Notes: a model not told the origin generated them from the sequence alone. A stretch of DNA of 64,000 nt from Octopus bimaculoides (GCF_001194135.2 NC_068983.1:79823287-79887286); one strand, 5' to 3'. Shown: positions 1 through 13,504, counted from the stretch's first letter. Numbers and translations: made by a program.

Positions 1-377
1 TTCTTTTACTTATTTTTTTTTTCTCTCTCTCTCTCTCTGATTTGTAGTTTGATACATTTATTTTTTTTTTATTTTTTAGAAAATTAATAATTTTTTTTTT
101 CTTTATTGACTTATTTATTGCTTTTTCTCAAACATACAGTTATATTTTTCATTTTCATTTTCATTTTAATCCTTTTATATAATTCCTTGCCGTATATTTC
201 TTCTAAATATTTAATTTTTGCTTTTAATGTATTTACTAGTTTTATTCATTTATCTATTACTTTATCATTACTGCTGCTGCTACTACTACAAGCAATTTGA
301 GTGTACTATCTCTTAAATCAAAATGTATTAGGTGCACTTTTCTTCTTCTTCTTCTTCTTATTATTATTATTATTATT

Positions 378-681
378 GGCAAAATGCTTAGCGGCATTTT
401 GTCTGTCCTTACATTCTCAGTTCAAATACCTCTGAGGTTGACTTTGCCTTTCATTCTTTTGGGGTTGGTAAAATAAGTACTAGGGTTGATGTAATCAACT
501 ATCCTCTCCTCCAGATTTCAGGCTCTGTGCCTATAGTAGAAAGGATTATTATTATCATCATCATCATCATCATCATCATCATTATTATTATTATTATTAT
601 TATTATGGTGGCGAGCTGGTAGAATCGTTACCATGCTAGGCAGAATGTTTAGCAACATATCATCCATCTTTATGTTCTAGG

Positions 682-715
<34 letters not shown>

Positions 716-851
716 TAAATTCTGCAGAGGTCGACTTTGCCTTTCATTCTTTTGGATATCAATAAAATAAGTACTGGTTGAGTTCTGGGGTCAATGTAAT
801 CAACTTATTCCTCCTCCGGAATTGCTGGCCTTGTACCAAAATTTGAAGCCA

Positions 852-852
<1 letters not shown>
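378..852 (+). mobile_element. Two tandem copies of tRNA-derived SINE family A (ATT-tailed), embedded in (TTA)n/(TCA)n tracts
   Basis: Head GGCGAGCTGGTAGAATCGTTA (A-box-like), GAGTTCAAAT B-box-like motif, body GACTTTGCCTTTCATTCTTT...AAATAAGTAC, end GTAGAAAGGATTATT. The same body recurs more than 20 times in the window. Confidence 0.8.

Positions 853-855
<3 letters not shown>

Positions 856-910
<55 letters not shown>
856..910. repeat. (TTA)n microsatellite, the tail/target of the Dong-like element
   Basis: About 18 consecutive TTA units; a second tract lies at about 1992-2060. Confidence 0.95.
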
Positions 911-1991
911 TACTTTTAATCTGCATGTTTGTTGCAATCACTTGCCGAGACACATTCAACGTCCTTGGGCAAATGAAGGATAAGAGATGTTACAGTATGA
1001 CTGAAAGCTTGGGAGGAGGAAGTAGAAGGAACAGTTGCAAAATATCTTCATGTAATACAACACATATATTTAAATTGATAGGGTTCTTCTAAGGATGTGG
1101 ACAGTACTTGTCAATATAATCTTTTGGATTTCTCTGAAACATGGTTCTCCTGGGATATTATCTAGATGCTTCTGACATCTTTTTCTTACCATACCTAGGG
1201 CACCTACAATAACAGGAACAATTCTCACTTTAAGATGCCACATCTTTTGTATTTCAATTTCCAGGTCCTTATATTTACTTAATTTGTCAAATTCTTTTAC
1301 AGATATATTTTTATCAGTGGGAACACTTACTTCTATTAGACTACAAGTATTCTCTTCTCCGTCTTTAATGACTATGTCTGGTCGATTATCCTGGATCGTT
1401 TTGTCGGTGTTAACTGGAAAATCCCAGAGGATAGTAACATTTTTACCTTCAATGACTGGCTCAGGATGATGTTCATACTAGTAAGCAGGAGTGTTGATTT
1501 TGTAGTGTTTACATATTTTCCAATGTAAATACTGTCCTACCTTATTGTAGCAATTTTTGTATTCATTTGGTGTCAGCACAAGACATCCCAAGACAAGATA
1601 GTTTATTGTTTCATCAAATTTATTGCAGAATCTGCATTTAGGGTCAGAACCATTTTGAAGAACATTAGCATGGTAGTTTTTGGTAAGCAAGCTTTGATCT
1701 TGTGCTGCCAATATGAAACCTTCAGTCGCTACTCTCAGTCCTGAACTTATCATCCACCGATGGGTTGTTACTTGGTCTACATCAGCATTTTGGCTTTAAA
1801 ATATATATACAGTCCATGCAGAGACTTCTGGTTTCACCACTCCTCAATTTGTTTTTGCCCATTCTTTTTTGTAGTCTGTTTGTTCCATTTTGCTATTTTA
1901 ATGCCAAGTTCCCTTGTGAATTTGCAAGCTTCCTTGACAGTAGAATGTGATTTTTTGCTGATTTCATGTTTGCACACAAACTGCAGCATCC
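911..1991 (-). mobile_element. 5'-truncated non-LTR retrotransposon, R4/Dong clade (CCHC knuckle + restriction-like endonuclease), family 1
   Basis: Minus-strand translation: EGFILAAQDQSLLTKNY..CRFCNKFDETINYLVLGC..YEHHPEPVIEGKNVTILWDFPVNTDKTIQDNRPDIVIKD..LIEVSVPTDKN..KYKDLEIEIQKMWHLKVRIVPVIVGALG..LSI*, stop at 1070-1072. A short 3' UTR runs into a (TAA)n tail; the 5' end also abuts (TAA)n. Confidence 0.9.
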
Positions 1992-2016
1992 ATTATTACC
2001 ATTATTATTATTATTA

Positions 2017-2062
<46 letters not shown>

Positions 2063-2733
2063 CATTTTCATATTTTATAACTGTTATAACTATTGTTGTC
2101 ATTAAATGTTAATCTGAAGCCCATCTGCATCCCCCACCCCCACCCATCTCTTCACTCAACTTAAGAAAATATCAGATTTAATTTTCTGGACTATTTGTCA
2201 CTTCTGAAATAGTTTTCATCATCATTGTCATCATCACCATCACCACTACCACCACCACCACCATTATCATCATCATCATTATGTCATCTTTGCTAAGATC
2301 CCTTTAATTGTTCAGTGACTCGATAATTAGATGATGGCTACAAATACAGTTGTTATTTATCTATGTTGACATGGTAGCACATGACGAGCTGTGTAGTGAG
2401 GGTGGTGGTGGTGTCGGTGGTGGGGAGGGGAAGAAATTCTCAGCCTTTCTCAGACATCTATTCCAGTATGTCTCCATTGCTGAGATCTCTGAAATTAAAG
2501 GTGTGTGTGTGATTGATTGCATGCATACACTGTATTTGTGTATGAGTTTTAGAAATTAAGTTGTGAGATCTTTGAGCATGCTTGTATGTGTGTAATTGTT
2601 TATGTATGAGCACAGATAAATTTGTGCATGAGTTGTAGGAACAAATGTGTGTGTAAACATGAGAACTAATTATGTTTACTTGTGTTTGTGTGTGTATATA
2701 GACGTCTGTATGTGACAATAGATATGTATGTCA

Positions 2734-2736
<3 letters not shown>

Positions 2737-2780
<44 letters not shown>
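2737..2780. repeat. (TG)n microsatellite
   Basis: Pure TG run, one of many similar CA/TG/TA tracts in the window. Confidence 0.95.
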
Positions 2781-2782
<2 letters not shown>

Positions 2783-3586
2783 TATATCTAACACACAGTG
2801 AGTTTTAAAAAACTGAATAAAATATACACAGCTTTAAAAAAGATGTTCAGTTATCTCAAACAGATGCTTAAAGGAACATCTTCCAATTCATGTTAAGATG
2901 CAAAATACCTCTACCAAAAGCCAAAACAAAAAACAAATGCCCTAAAAATTCATGCATATGTGATTTTAAAAAATGCTTATCTTTGTATTGTGTGTATGTA
3001 TGTATGAATATGTCTATATCACTCTACATAATTTTGTGTGTAATGTATATGTTTGTGTTATACATGTTATTTAATCCTAGACTAACCATGATGGAACCAA
3101 AGATAATCCAGGAATGACCATCACTTATTTTTTTTAGGCATAGTGTACCTAAGACTAAATTATGTAGTGTCTCATTTGTTTGGGTGTAGTTACAGAAAGA
3201 TTTGGCCACTATTTTTAGTAAGTCAAGTGACCTTGTAGTGGCTTCTTCTCTGGCTCTGTTATATGTTTTGTTGTTTAGCCCTGAAGCTAATTTTGATGAA
3301 ACAAACCAGTGTTATATTTTGCTTGTTTGTTCTCTTGACAATGTGTGTTTAGAACTACATTATACAATCTGTTCTCTATTTTCTAGATAGTGGAATGTGA
3401 TTTGAAAGAAAGACTTAGCTTCTATTTCTAGCCCAATGAGTGATCATAAAAGCTTCAGTGATATAATTGTTGTGTGTATGAGAGTGCTTGCCTATAAGTG
3501 TTTGTATTAGATGCATGTTTTTGAAATTGAAATTGCAGGGCATTAAGAAACCCAAAGCATCTTCATACCTTTGAGCAATAACTGCT

Positions 3587-3820
3587 TAATCCTTTTTGCT
3601 ACCATATTTCTATTGAAATAAACTGCTTTTGTTTCAATTAATTTTGAAAATAATGAAAAATTTAGTAAAATAACTTTGTCGTTATTAAATTTGTGTTTGG
3701 AACTTAAATTAACATGAAATTTTGATGGAAGATTTTACTTTGATGGAAGATTTCACTTTGAAACGTAAAGTTGGTATTATGCAACCAATGGCAGTCGCTG
3801 GCACTTTGGTATCAAAGTTA
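3587..3820. mobile_element. TTAA-flanked MITE (piggyBac-like termini), decayed copy
   Basis: Starts TTAATCCTTTTTGCTACC and ends TTGGTATCAAAGTTA. Its interior is the reverse complement of 25964-26158. Confidence 0.6.
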
Positions 3821-3834
3821 TCCAAAAAAGGATG

Positions 3835-4150
3835 ATGTTCACACTTGGTTAGGCACTCCATCAGTTATGACAACAAATGTTCCAGTTGATTCGATCAACA
3901 GAACAACCTGCTTATGAAATTAATATGCATGTGGCTGAGCACTCCACAGACATACATATACTTAATGTAGTTCTCAGGGAGATTCAGTATGACACACAAA
4001 ATGTGACAAGGGTGGCCCATTGAATTACAGGTATTACTCATTTTTGCCAGCCGAGTGGACTGCACCACTGTGAAATAAAGTGCCTTACTCAAGGACATAA
4101 TGTGCCTTTAGGAATTGAACTCACTACCTTACAATTGTGAGCTGAATACA
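3835..4150 (-). mobile_element. SINE family B (tRNA head + CORE-like segment + conserved central domain)
   Basis: Reverse complement shares GTGTCTGTGGAGTGCTCAGCCAC..TTAATTTCA..GATCAACTGGAAC with 21852-22233, 19290-19595 and 42760-43072. Confidence 0.75.
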
Positions 4151-4224
4151 CATGCCACAAGCCTTAGTTACTATGTATACAAAATGGAAAATACAGTAAC
4201 TTGGTGCTGAGTAAACATTATTCA

Positions 4225-4410
4225 CTGATTGTTTGCTGTTGTTTAGATCTGGGTCAGAAATGTTTAAACAGGTCTATAAGAGACATTCCAATATACTATT
4301 TTATCCAGACATAGTGTATCTAGTACTAAAACATCCAATGTATCCTTTCTTTTTTTAAAATGACAGGGTATGATTTGAGAGAGATTTGACTAATATCTAG
4401 GGAGCCAAAC
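4225..4410 (+). repeat. Dispersed repeat family F (SINE-like); other copies at about 5060-5275(-), 13530-13680, 35385-35585, 41730-41910, 50480-50710, 51135-51320, 58540-58710(-), 61400-61530(-)
   Basis: Recurrent motif series GTTTAG..GGTCA..GACATTCCAG..ACCATC..TATCCAATGT..GATTTGAG..GATTTG(G)CTGCTATTTCTAGCAG. Confidence 0.7.
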
Positions 4411-7400
4411 AATAGAGAACATTCGAGGGGGTGGGGGCTTAATATATGTTTGAGTATGAAGAATTTTTCAGATAAATAGAGTCTAAAGTAATATGATCAG
4501 TTGCAATAGGAAGTAGTTGTGTCAACAATACAATAAAACAATCGTCTCCTTGGTTATGAGCCAATAAATGAATACAAACAGGAAAGTGAAATTTTCGCTG
4601 TTCCTAAGTCTTGACATTGTGAAGCATGGCTGTTTCTTTTAATATCTCTCAAAGTTACAGATGGTGAACCCCATGTAGTTCCTCTGGTTGCCATCAAGCA
4701 GTGAATCTGATACTTGGTCTACCATTCCTTTGGAGAGACAAGATCTTCAAGATGACTTTGCTGTATCTTTGAATTATATGTACAATTCATCCAATGAGCT
4801 TCCACACAATTTCTTTTTTCTCAGTTTCACTCACAAGCTATGGGTCACCCTAAGGCTCTAAAAAAATGATGTTTGCTCAACATGCCATGCACTGGGATCA
4901 AACTCAGGATCCTGTAGTTACAAAGTGAACTTCCTAATCATTTAATCTTGCTGTACCTACACACATATATAAACAGGCAAGATATATGCATATATACACA
5001 TACATATACAAACAAGCATGCAAAATATATACATATGAACACATAAATATTTTATATATATACATAAACTGGAAGCCAACAAAGGAACCACTACATAATC
5101 AATAAATGTACTAGAAATAGTAACCAAATCTCTTCTACTCTAAAACATGAAGAACATTGGATAATGTAGTCTGAGATAAACTATACATGAATAGATGAGA
5201 TGGTCATGGCTAGTATACCTTTAATCATTGGTTTGCTTGGCTGAGGTTGAACTGGGGCTAAACAACAACACCACACATTTTGCTTTGCTTTCTAAGCCAT
5301 GTTTTAAAGATTTTTCTTCCAATTATTTCTGCTCTGGAATTTCATTGTTATTGTTCAGTGTCTGTGCAATCTTTGCCTCTTTCTATTAGCCTTCTAAATA
5401 AACATCAATGACACTAACCTAAAAAAGGAAAAAGAGAAAAATCATGAGAACTGTTATTTTTCAGCCAAACAATTTCTTTAAAGGCTGTAATTGAAAGAAA
5501 ACTGAAGCAATATAATCAATAAAGTTTCTTAGTAATGTTTGGTATATTGTACGGTTCACTAATATCTGAAACCAGTTGTTTTGGGTTCTTTACATCTAAG
5601 TTGCATACAGCATAAGTGTTGAGCTGCGTTTTGGTTCTGTAAAAGATAACATTTTTTAGCAGCTTTATGTGTATACATATAGTAAGGGCAAGTGACCTTG
5701 TGGTTAAAGCACTGGGTTCATGATCACATAGTCATGAGTTCAATTCCTGGAACAGCCAGTATATTGTGTCCTTGTGCATGGTACATAATTTCACATTGCT
5801 CCAGTCTACTCAGCTAAAATGAGTATCAGCTGAGTACTGACGAAGCCCTTTTTCTTTCCTTCAGTTTTCACATTCTTGATATTTAACTGGGTCAAATATT
5901 GCAGAGCCAAGTGTCTGTACATGTCTGATTGCAACTACATAGCTACCTAAAACAATTAGTTAAAGCAAGGTATGTGTTACTGCTATGTTTTTATGTATAG
6001 ATAGATAGAAAAATTTAAAAAAAAACATTGTCTCATTGAAAATATAGTTAATCTACTGCATTTCTCTATAATACACTTTTTTACCACATTTTTAATCAAA
6101 ATATTAAGGTGCTCATTATGCAAAGGATCTAAGTGTTACATATCTTCTCCAAGTCAAGTGCATTGTCATATTTAATAACAAAAGTAAATTAGATTAGATC
6201 GTCTGAGATAACTGGTATGGAGCAAATATGATAATGGTACATTTTTCTATTATAGTGATAATGTGTTAGATATTCAGCACAACTGGCAGATACATGTTTC
6301 ATGGCATTATTGTTGTCAACCTTTCATTATAGATGATTTGAATGTAACTCTTTGATTTTCAAAAATACAACTTGAATTATTTAATAAGATGAAATTAATA
6401 AATAAGGATACTACATAGATACTACCATTATTAAAATGTATATATAGACTTTAAAAAAATAAATAACTATTCGTAAAATACTGTAATTGTTATAATGAAC
6501 TGTCACACTATATGCTTCAATTGAGAATGAAAGAATAAGATATTGAAAGTATTTAAACAGAAGTGTTTGCATTCTGCATTTTGAATTTTACATCTTTCCA
6601 TACTAGTTCACTTTCATAGGTTGACTTAACAACAAATACAATTTTAGAGCATACACTAGTAAAGTTAAAAGTCACTTTCGAATTTGCATATTGTTTTGAA
6701 AATATATGAAATTTACTAATGAAGTTTACACAGTGATTATAATAAAACTGACTAAACACTTCATTTTCTATGCACTATAACATTAAATACAAACAGTGTA
6801 TTATACATGAGATACATTTTTTTCTAGCTTTTCACAGCTTATTACTAGTGATGTGTTTTATACATGAGTGTACTTTATAGAAATGAATATGATATATTAA
6901 TATTGTATGTTAGAGAAAGTTAGTAATGTAGAAATTCCTTCTGACAAAAGAAAATATATTTTCATCTACTTTCCATGATGGCATAGATTGGATGAGTCAT
7001 CAAGATCTGAATCAGTTTTTATTCAGAGTTACTGACTTTTTAGATTGGTTGAAGAATCACATCTTGCTCAAGATATTCTAGTTTTGGTATCATTTCTTAG
7101 GCTGAATGCACCTTCAAACACCAACCATTTTACAAAGTGTACTGTATTTATTTTGTCATTGCACTAACACTTGAAATTCAGTCATGTTTTCACTATAGGA
7201 GCCTCTCAACCCTATATTGCATCTGTTCATTTACTAATCACTTTATATTGTATTGTGGGTGAATTGTACTTATGAGATTTTCCTTGTGATCTGCTAGACT
7301 AAACCGTTGACACTCTTCTGTGGTGAATAGAAGAGTGAGTGGAGGAATAAGAGGGGAGCAATATTATGATGAAACAGAGCAAGATAGTGATGGGGGGAGT

Positions 7401-9119
7401 AATGTTAAAGATATAAAGCTGGAGGGAGAGTATGTGGTGGTGGGGGGGGGGGAACAGAATACTGTTACAATGGCTCTGAGAGAGATTGAGTGGAGGAAGA
7501 ATAAAAGGGAAAGTGACAGAGAGAATAGTGATAGAGAGATGAGAGGTTATCAATGTGCAGATGGTGGCTTAACAGGGCATATTGGACCACAGGCCTAAAT
7601 GTCGCAGGTTAGGAGGCAGTGGATGGAGGCTTAGGAGAGATATATTGAATATCCCAGCTTCCATTGCTACAATCATTTTAATATTCACTATGCCATGCTT
7701 GAACAGGTGGGCGTATAATTTTGATTAATCTAAGGAAGCAAAATCTCCAATACAAATTGCTTGAGATAAGCTAAGAAGTTAACTGAATGTGGTTGCTACA
7801 ACAGATTAATAAGATTTGAAGAAAATCCATGCATTTTAAAATTCTATGCACGTATTTTAAAAACGTAGTTTCATTCTTAATTTCTTGTCTGTTGTTCCAT
7901 TTTAAGTTCAGTGAAGCATTAATTTAATTTATTTTAAATAAAATTTGAAACAAAAGTAAATATTTGCATAAAAGATATCTTTAAAACTCATTTCTAAACA
8001 TTTCTTATATCTTTTAATAAGAAGAGAACAACCAGTAGCATTTGTATATTACAAAAGAATTATACTTTCCACTGAAAACTTATATAATTTCAAAATTACA
8101 GACTTATCTTCTAACATTTTGCTAAAAACGACTTGAATAAGCTCTAGAGAAACTAGGACAGAGCTGTTCTTTGATGTCTTGTTATTGTTGTTGTTGCTGC
8201 TGCTGGTGTCTTATGTTTATGATCTTCAGTTGATTTAGTTACAAATACCAATAATATTTCTTAGAAACAATTTGTAATATATTACTTTTTAACATGACTT
8301 CTTAAAGCAGATGGAAGTAAAAGTTATATCATTTTAATAAATAGATTCTTCATATGTTCTGATTATGTTTTCCAGCAATATATAAGAAATTCTTGTTATT
8401 TTACTTATGTATTTAGTTTGTAATTCTGAAGGCACATAATTAGTTGTCTTATCTAAAATATATGTAATATTTACTGTTATCCTTACCCTGTTCAAGTAAC
8501 CTATGTAAATACTAATACCTAATTTATGTTTTTTTCTTATGTGAAACACAAAAATGTTGATTATATTTTTGCTTGATTGGCAGGAAGAATTTTCAGTACA
8601 TTGTTTTTGTTTATCCCTAGACACACTTATCCATAGTCATTACATCCATGACTATCCTATCTATTTTTTCATAGAAAATTTATACCCCAGATTTCATTAC
8701 TCGATTGGTACATATTAAAGATGGCAGGGTGTGATATATGCGAGATTTTCCTACAATTCCTAGCAGAGCAACCACTTAAAAAGTTTGTTGGCTTATAGCA
8801 ATCAGTCATCACCATTATCATTTTAACATTTAATTTTCCATGCTTCCATTGGTCACAGAAGAGTATATTGGATCAGAATTTCTACAGCCAGATGTCCAGA
8901 TGCCCTCCTATCACTAACCTCCTCCTGCTCTCAAATAGGGGTAATAATCTCCCAGTCTATTGAATAAAAAAAAACAACCCAGACATTCTTTCTTAATGGA
9001 TCTCATTCAAACCCATTGTTTACAAATCAGAGAAGGCAGGGGGAATATGAACTCCCACATACATATATAAATATAAGTACACATGTACATACATATGTAT
9101 GTATATGCACATATCATCA

Positions 9120-9486
9120 TCATCGTTTAATGACTGTCTTCCATTCTGGCTTGCATTGGGTGGTTTGGTAGGTGCTGACCATCAAGGGAGCTATCTAAAC
9201 TCAAAATGGTCTGTTGTGGCATGTTTCTACAGTTGGATGCCCTTCCTAGTGTCAACCACTTTATAGCATGTGCTAGGTGCCTTTTACATGCCACTGGCTT
9301 GGGTGCATTTATGCAGTACTTGCACAAGTGCATTTTATGTGGCATTGGCATCTGTAAAGGACAAGCTTTCATGTATGGATGACAGTGATTTCACTTAGTT
9401 TGACACGTCTTCTCAAGTACACCAAATTGCCACAGCTCCCAGTTCCTTGTCATTTTCTCAGTGAGGCCCAGTGTCTGAAGATCCTA
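9120..9486 (-). mobile_element. RTE-X-like LINE 3' end (ORF C-terminus + 3' UTR + (GAT)n tail)
   Basis: Minus translation DLQTLGLTEKMTRNWELWQFGVLEKTCQTK*. The UTR motif GGAAGGGCATCCA..CCATGC(C/A)AG..GGAA..TAAACGATGATGA is shared with about 10 other copies, e.g. 9665-9975, 12805-12990, 16880-17105, 48905-49090, 53375-53590. Confidence 0.7.
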
Positions 9487-10473
9487 TACATACATATGTT
9501 CAATAACCTTCTTTCACTTTCTGTCTACTAAATCCACTCATAAGGCTTTAGTTGGCCCAAGGCTATAAGAAAAGACACTTGTTCAAAGTACCACACAGTG
9601 GGTCACCCTAAAACCATATGGTTGGGAAGTAAACACTTAACCACTCAGCTATGCCTGCACCTAATCATCATCATCATTGTTTAACGTCCAATTTCCATGC
9701 TGGCATGATTTGGATGGTTTGACTGAGGACTGGCAAGCCAGGAGCTGTACCAGGCTCCAATCTGGCATCAACCATGCTTGAATGGTGCTTTTTATGTGCC
9801 ACCTGCATGGGAGCCAATCTGTTGGGACTGGCATCAACCATGCTCAGATGGTGCTTTTTACATGCCACCAGTACGGCTACCAGTCAGGCAGTACTGGCAT
9901 CGGCCATGACAATGATTTCACTTGACTCAACAGGTCTTCTCAAGCACAGCGTATTATCCAATCATTGAAGAGTGATAACTGTGAGAGAAATGATTAACAA
10001 AGAATATCCAGTTCTGTGTTGCATTAATAATTGCAGGAAAGAGTTTTGGTATGGTTCTGTGTAGTACAGCCAGATAGGCAATAAGAAATAATCTATATAT
10101 ATAAAAATGAGAATGTGTGTCTGTCTGTCTGTCTGTGTGTGTGAATCCCTAAAACTCGAGAACTACGCAACCAATTTCATTCAAATTTTACACATGCCTT
10201 ACTTAGGGTTCCAGTTGTGTTTTAGTCAAAAAAATTTTTTAACTTCTTGCAGAGTTCGAGCACACGGCAACATAATATCTCCTCCACTATTTAATTATTA
10301 CGTGTCAAAAGTGAAAACACTCATGTCAAATACTTTCACTTTAAAAATGAAACTATTCCACTAACTGAAACAATCACATTTCGATACTGTAATGACAGAT
10401 ACTTTCAGAGAGAGAGAGAAAGAGAGAGAGAGAGATGTATACGTATACATATAGATGTATACGTACACCATTT

Positions 10474-11120
10474 NNNNNNNNNNNNNNNNNNNNNNNNNNN
10501 NNNNNNNNNNNNNNNNNNNNNNNNNNNNNNNNNNNNNNNNNNNNNNNNNNNNNNNNNNNNNNNNNNNNNNNNNNNNNNNNNNNNNNNNNNNNNNNNNNNN
10601 NNNNNNNNNNNNNNNNNNNNNNNNNNNNNNNNNNNNNNNNNNNNNNNNNNNNNNNNNNNNNNNNNNNNNNNNNNNNNNNNNNNNNNNNNNNNNNNNNNNN
10701 NNNNNNNNNNNNNNNNNNNNNNNNNNNNNNNNNNNNNNNNNNNNNNNNNNNNNNNNNNNNNNNNNNNNNNNNNNNNNNNNNNNNNNNNNNNNNNNNNNNN
10801 NNNNNNNNNNNNNNNNNNNNNNNNNNNNNNNNNNNNNNNNNNNNNNNNNNNNNNNNNNNNNNNNNNNNNNNNNNNNNNNNNNNNNNNNNNNNNNNNNNNN
10901 NNNNNNNNNNNNNNNNNNNNNNNNNNNNNNNNNNNNNNNNNNNNNNNNNNNNNNNNNNNNNNNNNNNNNNNNNNNNNNNNNNNNNNNNNNNNNNNNNNNN
11001 NNNNNNNNNNNNNNNNNNNNNNNNNNNNNNNNNNNNNNNNNNNNNNNNNNNNNNNNNNNNNNNNNNNNNNNNNNNNNNNNNNNNNNNNNNNNNNNNNNNN
11101 NNNNNNNNNNNNNNNNNNNA
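10474..11120. other. Assembly gap (N run); other gaps at 27173-27513, 44664-44914 and 47946-47955
   Basis: Runs of n in the sequence. Confidence 1.
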
Positions 11121-11378
11121 ATTCCTCTTACTCCATCAGGAGCAGACATTCCTTTTACATTCAGAAGACTACAATTCCCCCTTCGTGTGACTTTTGCCAT
11201 GTCCATAAACAAATCTCAGGGTCAAACACTGTCTGTAGCTGGTCTTCTCTTGGAAGAGCCCTGCTTCTCACATGGACAACTGTATGTTGGCTGCTCAAGA
11301 GTGGGCAGCAAAAAAAACCTATTTGCATATGATCCACAAGGGAAAACAAGGAACATTGTTTACAACGAGGTGTTATAA
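11121..11378 (+). CDS. Helitron RepHel PIF1-family helicase, C-terminal fragment (5' part lost in the N gap)
   Basis: IPLTPSGADIPFTFRRLQFPLRVTFAMSINKSQGQTL..EEPCFSHGQLYVGCSRV..KTRNIVYNEVL*, containing the PIF1 motif V (KSQGQ) and motif VI (GQLYV.xSR) signatures; stop-free over 85 codons. Confidence 0.9.
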   Translation: MPLTPSGADIPFTFRRLQFPLRVTFAMSINKSQGQTLSVAGLLLEEPCFSHGQLYVGCSRVGSKKNLFAYDPQGKTRNIVYNEVL

Positions 11379-11949
11379 TTACAACAGCAAGAAAGTATGT
11401 ACATGATCACCTTCTTTTACGAAACTTCATTGACTTTCATATATTTATATTTCTGCTAGTAAATTATAAAACAATGATGTTGAGTCAGTAGTTTCATATG
11501 AATAGGATAAAAAGAGGAATTTAGTAAAATGGGTACAATGGAGAATTTTGTTATACAATTGGGCATTCATCCTATTTTCTTCATTCTGATCTTTAAGACA
11601 TAATAAATGAGTTGAAGACTATTCTCATTACAAAATCTGTCAAAGATCTAAAGATTCTACTGGGTTGGTGACTCATTGAAAGGATGAATATCAATAAACT
11701 TGATCATTATCAGGATCTCTAGGATTAGTTGAAGGAAGTCGTTCCCAAACGGGAAAGTGGGTTGAATGTTTGCTACAGAATGGATTCTGCTAAAGGCTTC
11801 CCCAGATCAGGAAATCATGTTAATAAAAGGATCAGAAAGCAAATATATTTTTCAGATTCTCTTCAAAAATCAGTAAAAGTTAAGATATTGATGTCTTTTA
11901 AGTGATCTTCCTGCATTTTAAAATAATATTTCGAATCTAATATTTTTAC

Positions 11950-12480
11950 AATATCAATCAAGTTTATACTTCAGTTGGTGATCTATCTTCACCTTATCAA
12001 TTATCAAATGCTTTCATTTTTGTACTCATTTCTAGTTAGTATATATTTTGTTTGCTCTAACTGTTGAGGTTACTTTGCTAGTTATAATTTTATGCACAGA
12101 TATCATGTATCAAACTTTGCCTCTTCCATCTGTTTAACATTCAAAGCAAGTCTAGATCTTTATGTGAGGCTTCAAATAATCTCATTTGTAAAACATTCAG
12201 TGGCATTCTTTCACACATTTTCTATAAGAATTTAATCCTTAAAGAAATGTGTTATCCATACAATGTTAACATATTTCATGCATAGTGGTTTTACCATTGT
12301 CTTGGATAAGTTATTCTTTTATCTTTCTTTTTTATTTCCTATCAGGTTCTTCTTTTATTCTTAAGAACTTTAGCTCTCTTAACTGTAGCTGTGGCTCATT
12401 TGCAGACATTTCAGTCTTTATCAATTATAACACCACCTCTAGTCTCTTTGTTAACAACTTTGAAGATTATTTTTGAATTT
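11950..12480 (-). mobile_element. Highly decayed CR1/L2-type LINE, region downstream of the RT
   Basis: Frameshifted minus translation KTMVKPL..EYVNIVWI.HF.KD*ILIENV*KNAT resembles the CR1 motif KTLVRPHLEY..VW.P..KKDI..LE.VQRRATK. Confidence 0.55.
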
Positions 12481-12724
12481 ACATTATTTAATACAAATGT
12501 AATCCTTTACATTTTTCTTCATATTGAATGATTTCTTTATATCCTCTCACAACATATCATTGTCTACTACCTCAAAGGAATATACTAGTGATCAAAAGAT
12601 ACTGTAAATACCCAACAGCATCAAGATGTTGTTTCTGGGTGTGATTAAACATAGACCTCATACGATGAATGGATAAAATGGGCAAAATAATTTCTAGTAG
12701 TCGATTAGATGAAATTCTTTAAGG

Positions 12725-13108
12725 CCATGGTCTCTGACCTTTTTTAGCACCGCTGACTGGTTTCCTGCAAAATAGCTTTCCCATAAACTGAGGAATCACC
12801 AGCATCATCATTATCATCATCTAACATCTGTTTTCCATGCTGGCATGGGTTGGATAGCTTGACCAGAGCTGACAAGCAGGAAAGCTGCACTAGGTTCCAG
12901 TCTGATTTGACTTGATTTCTACAATTGGATGCCTTTCCATTTTAGACTTCCATGCCAATTAGTGGGTGCTTTTTAAATGGCACTGGCAGACTGCAATAAT
13001 CAACGAAATATAAAAATAAAATTTTAAAATTTATTCTTCTTCTGCAACCTAGTACTAAGTGATCCACAGCCTAGTTTTGGTCCACAGCACAATGGTTGTG
13101 GACCCCTA
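12725..13108. mobile_element. hAT (Charlie-like) MITE with an 8-bp TSD, interrupted by an RTE-tail insertion at about 12805-12990
   Basis: Identical 8-bp flanks CTTTAAGG at 12717-12724 and 13109-13116. Imperfect TIRs CCATGGTCTCTGACC / GGTTGTGGACCCCTA resemble CAGGGGTCCCCAACC. Confidence 0.75.
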
Positions 13109-13165
13109 CTTTAAGGCACAGCAAGATAAGACCATTTGTGGCCCTTAATTGGAACCAATAGACTA

Positions 13166-13504
13166 CCTATTTGATGGCCTATAAGATGCACCTTTTTTTA
13201 CCCAAAAATGGCTTTAAAAAGCCCCCTACATCCAATACACACAATGTAGGCTCAAAACTCACTCAAAACAGTATGTATGTTTACAAAACGTGTGCTGCCA
13301 TCTATTGGTGAACACTTGCCTTCAGTATGTTTATATCAAATGTGGATGCAATAAATTGCTTATAATTACCGGTAATAACATAAAGTTATACAGGTAAGTA
13401 GAGGAATTAAAACATTATTTTAGAGGTATTTCATTTTACAAAAGTATAGCCTAGGCTAGGATGTGTCCTATGCACTCTTGTGTCTTATAGGCCATCAAAT
13501 ACAG
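13166..13504. mobile_element. Tc1/mariner-superfamily (Tc2/Kanga-like) MITE with TA TSD
   Basis: TIRs TA|CC-TATTTGATGGCCTATAAGATGCAC and GTGTCTTATAGGCCATCAAATACAG|TA. Confidence 0.75.

Larger units (their letters stand above)
10092..11459 (+). mobile_element. Helitron (rolling-circle transposon) spanning an assembly gap
   Basis: Inserted between A and T: 5' terminus A|TCTATATATATAAAAATG at 10092, 3' terminus TTCTGCTAG|T at 11459. Contains a PIF1 helicase C-terminus. Confidence 0.8.

Noticed and set aside
2438-2485. Small hairpin (TCTCAGC..AGACAT..ATGTCT..GCTGAGA) as a pre-miRNA
   Set aside because: Only two short helices with a large internal loop; too short and unstable.
8334-8624. 96-aa minus-strand ORF
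   Set aside because: No recognisable motif; a few ORFs of this length are expected by chance in 64 kb, and splice signals are ambiguous.
10361-11212. Long ORFs spanning N runs (also 27091-27575 and 44581-45080)
   Set aside because: X-filled artefacts of assembly gaps; only the 11121-11378 portion is real coding sequence.
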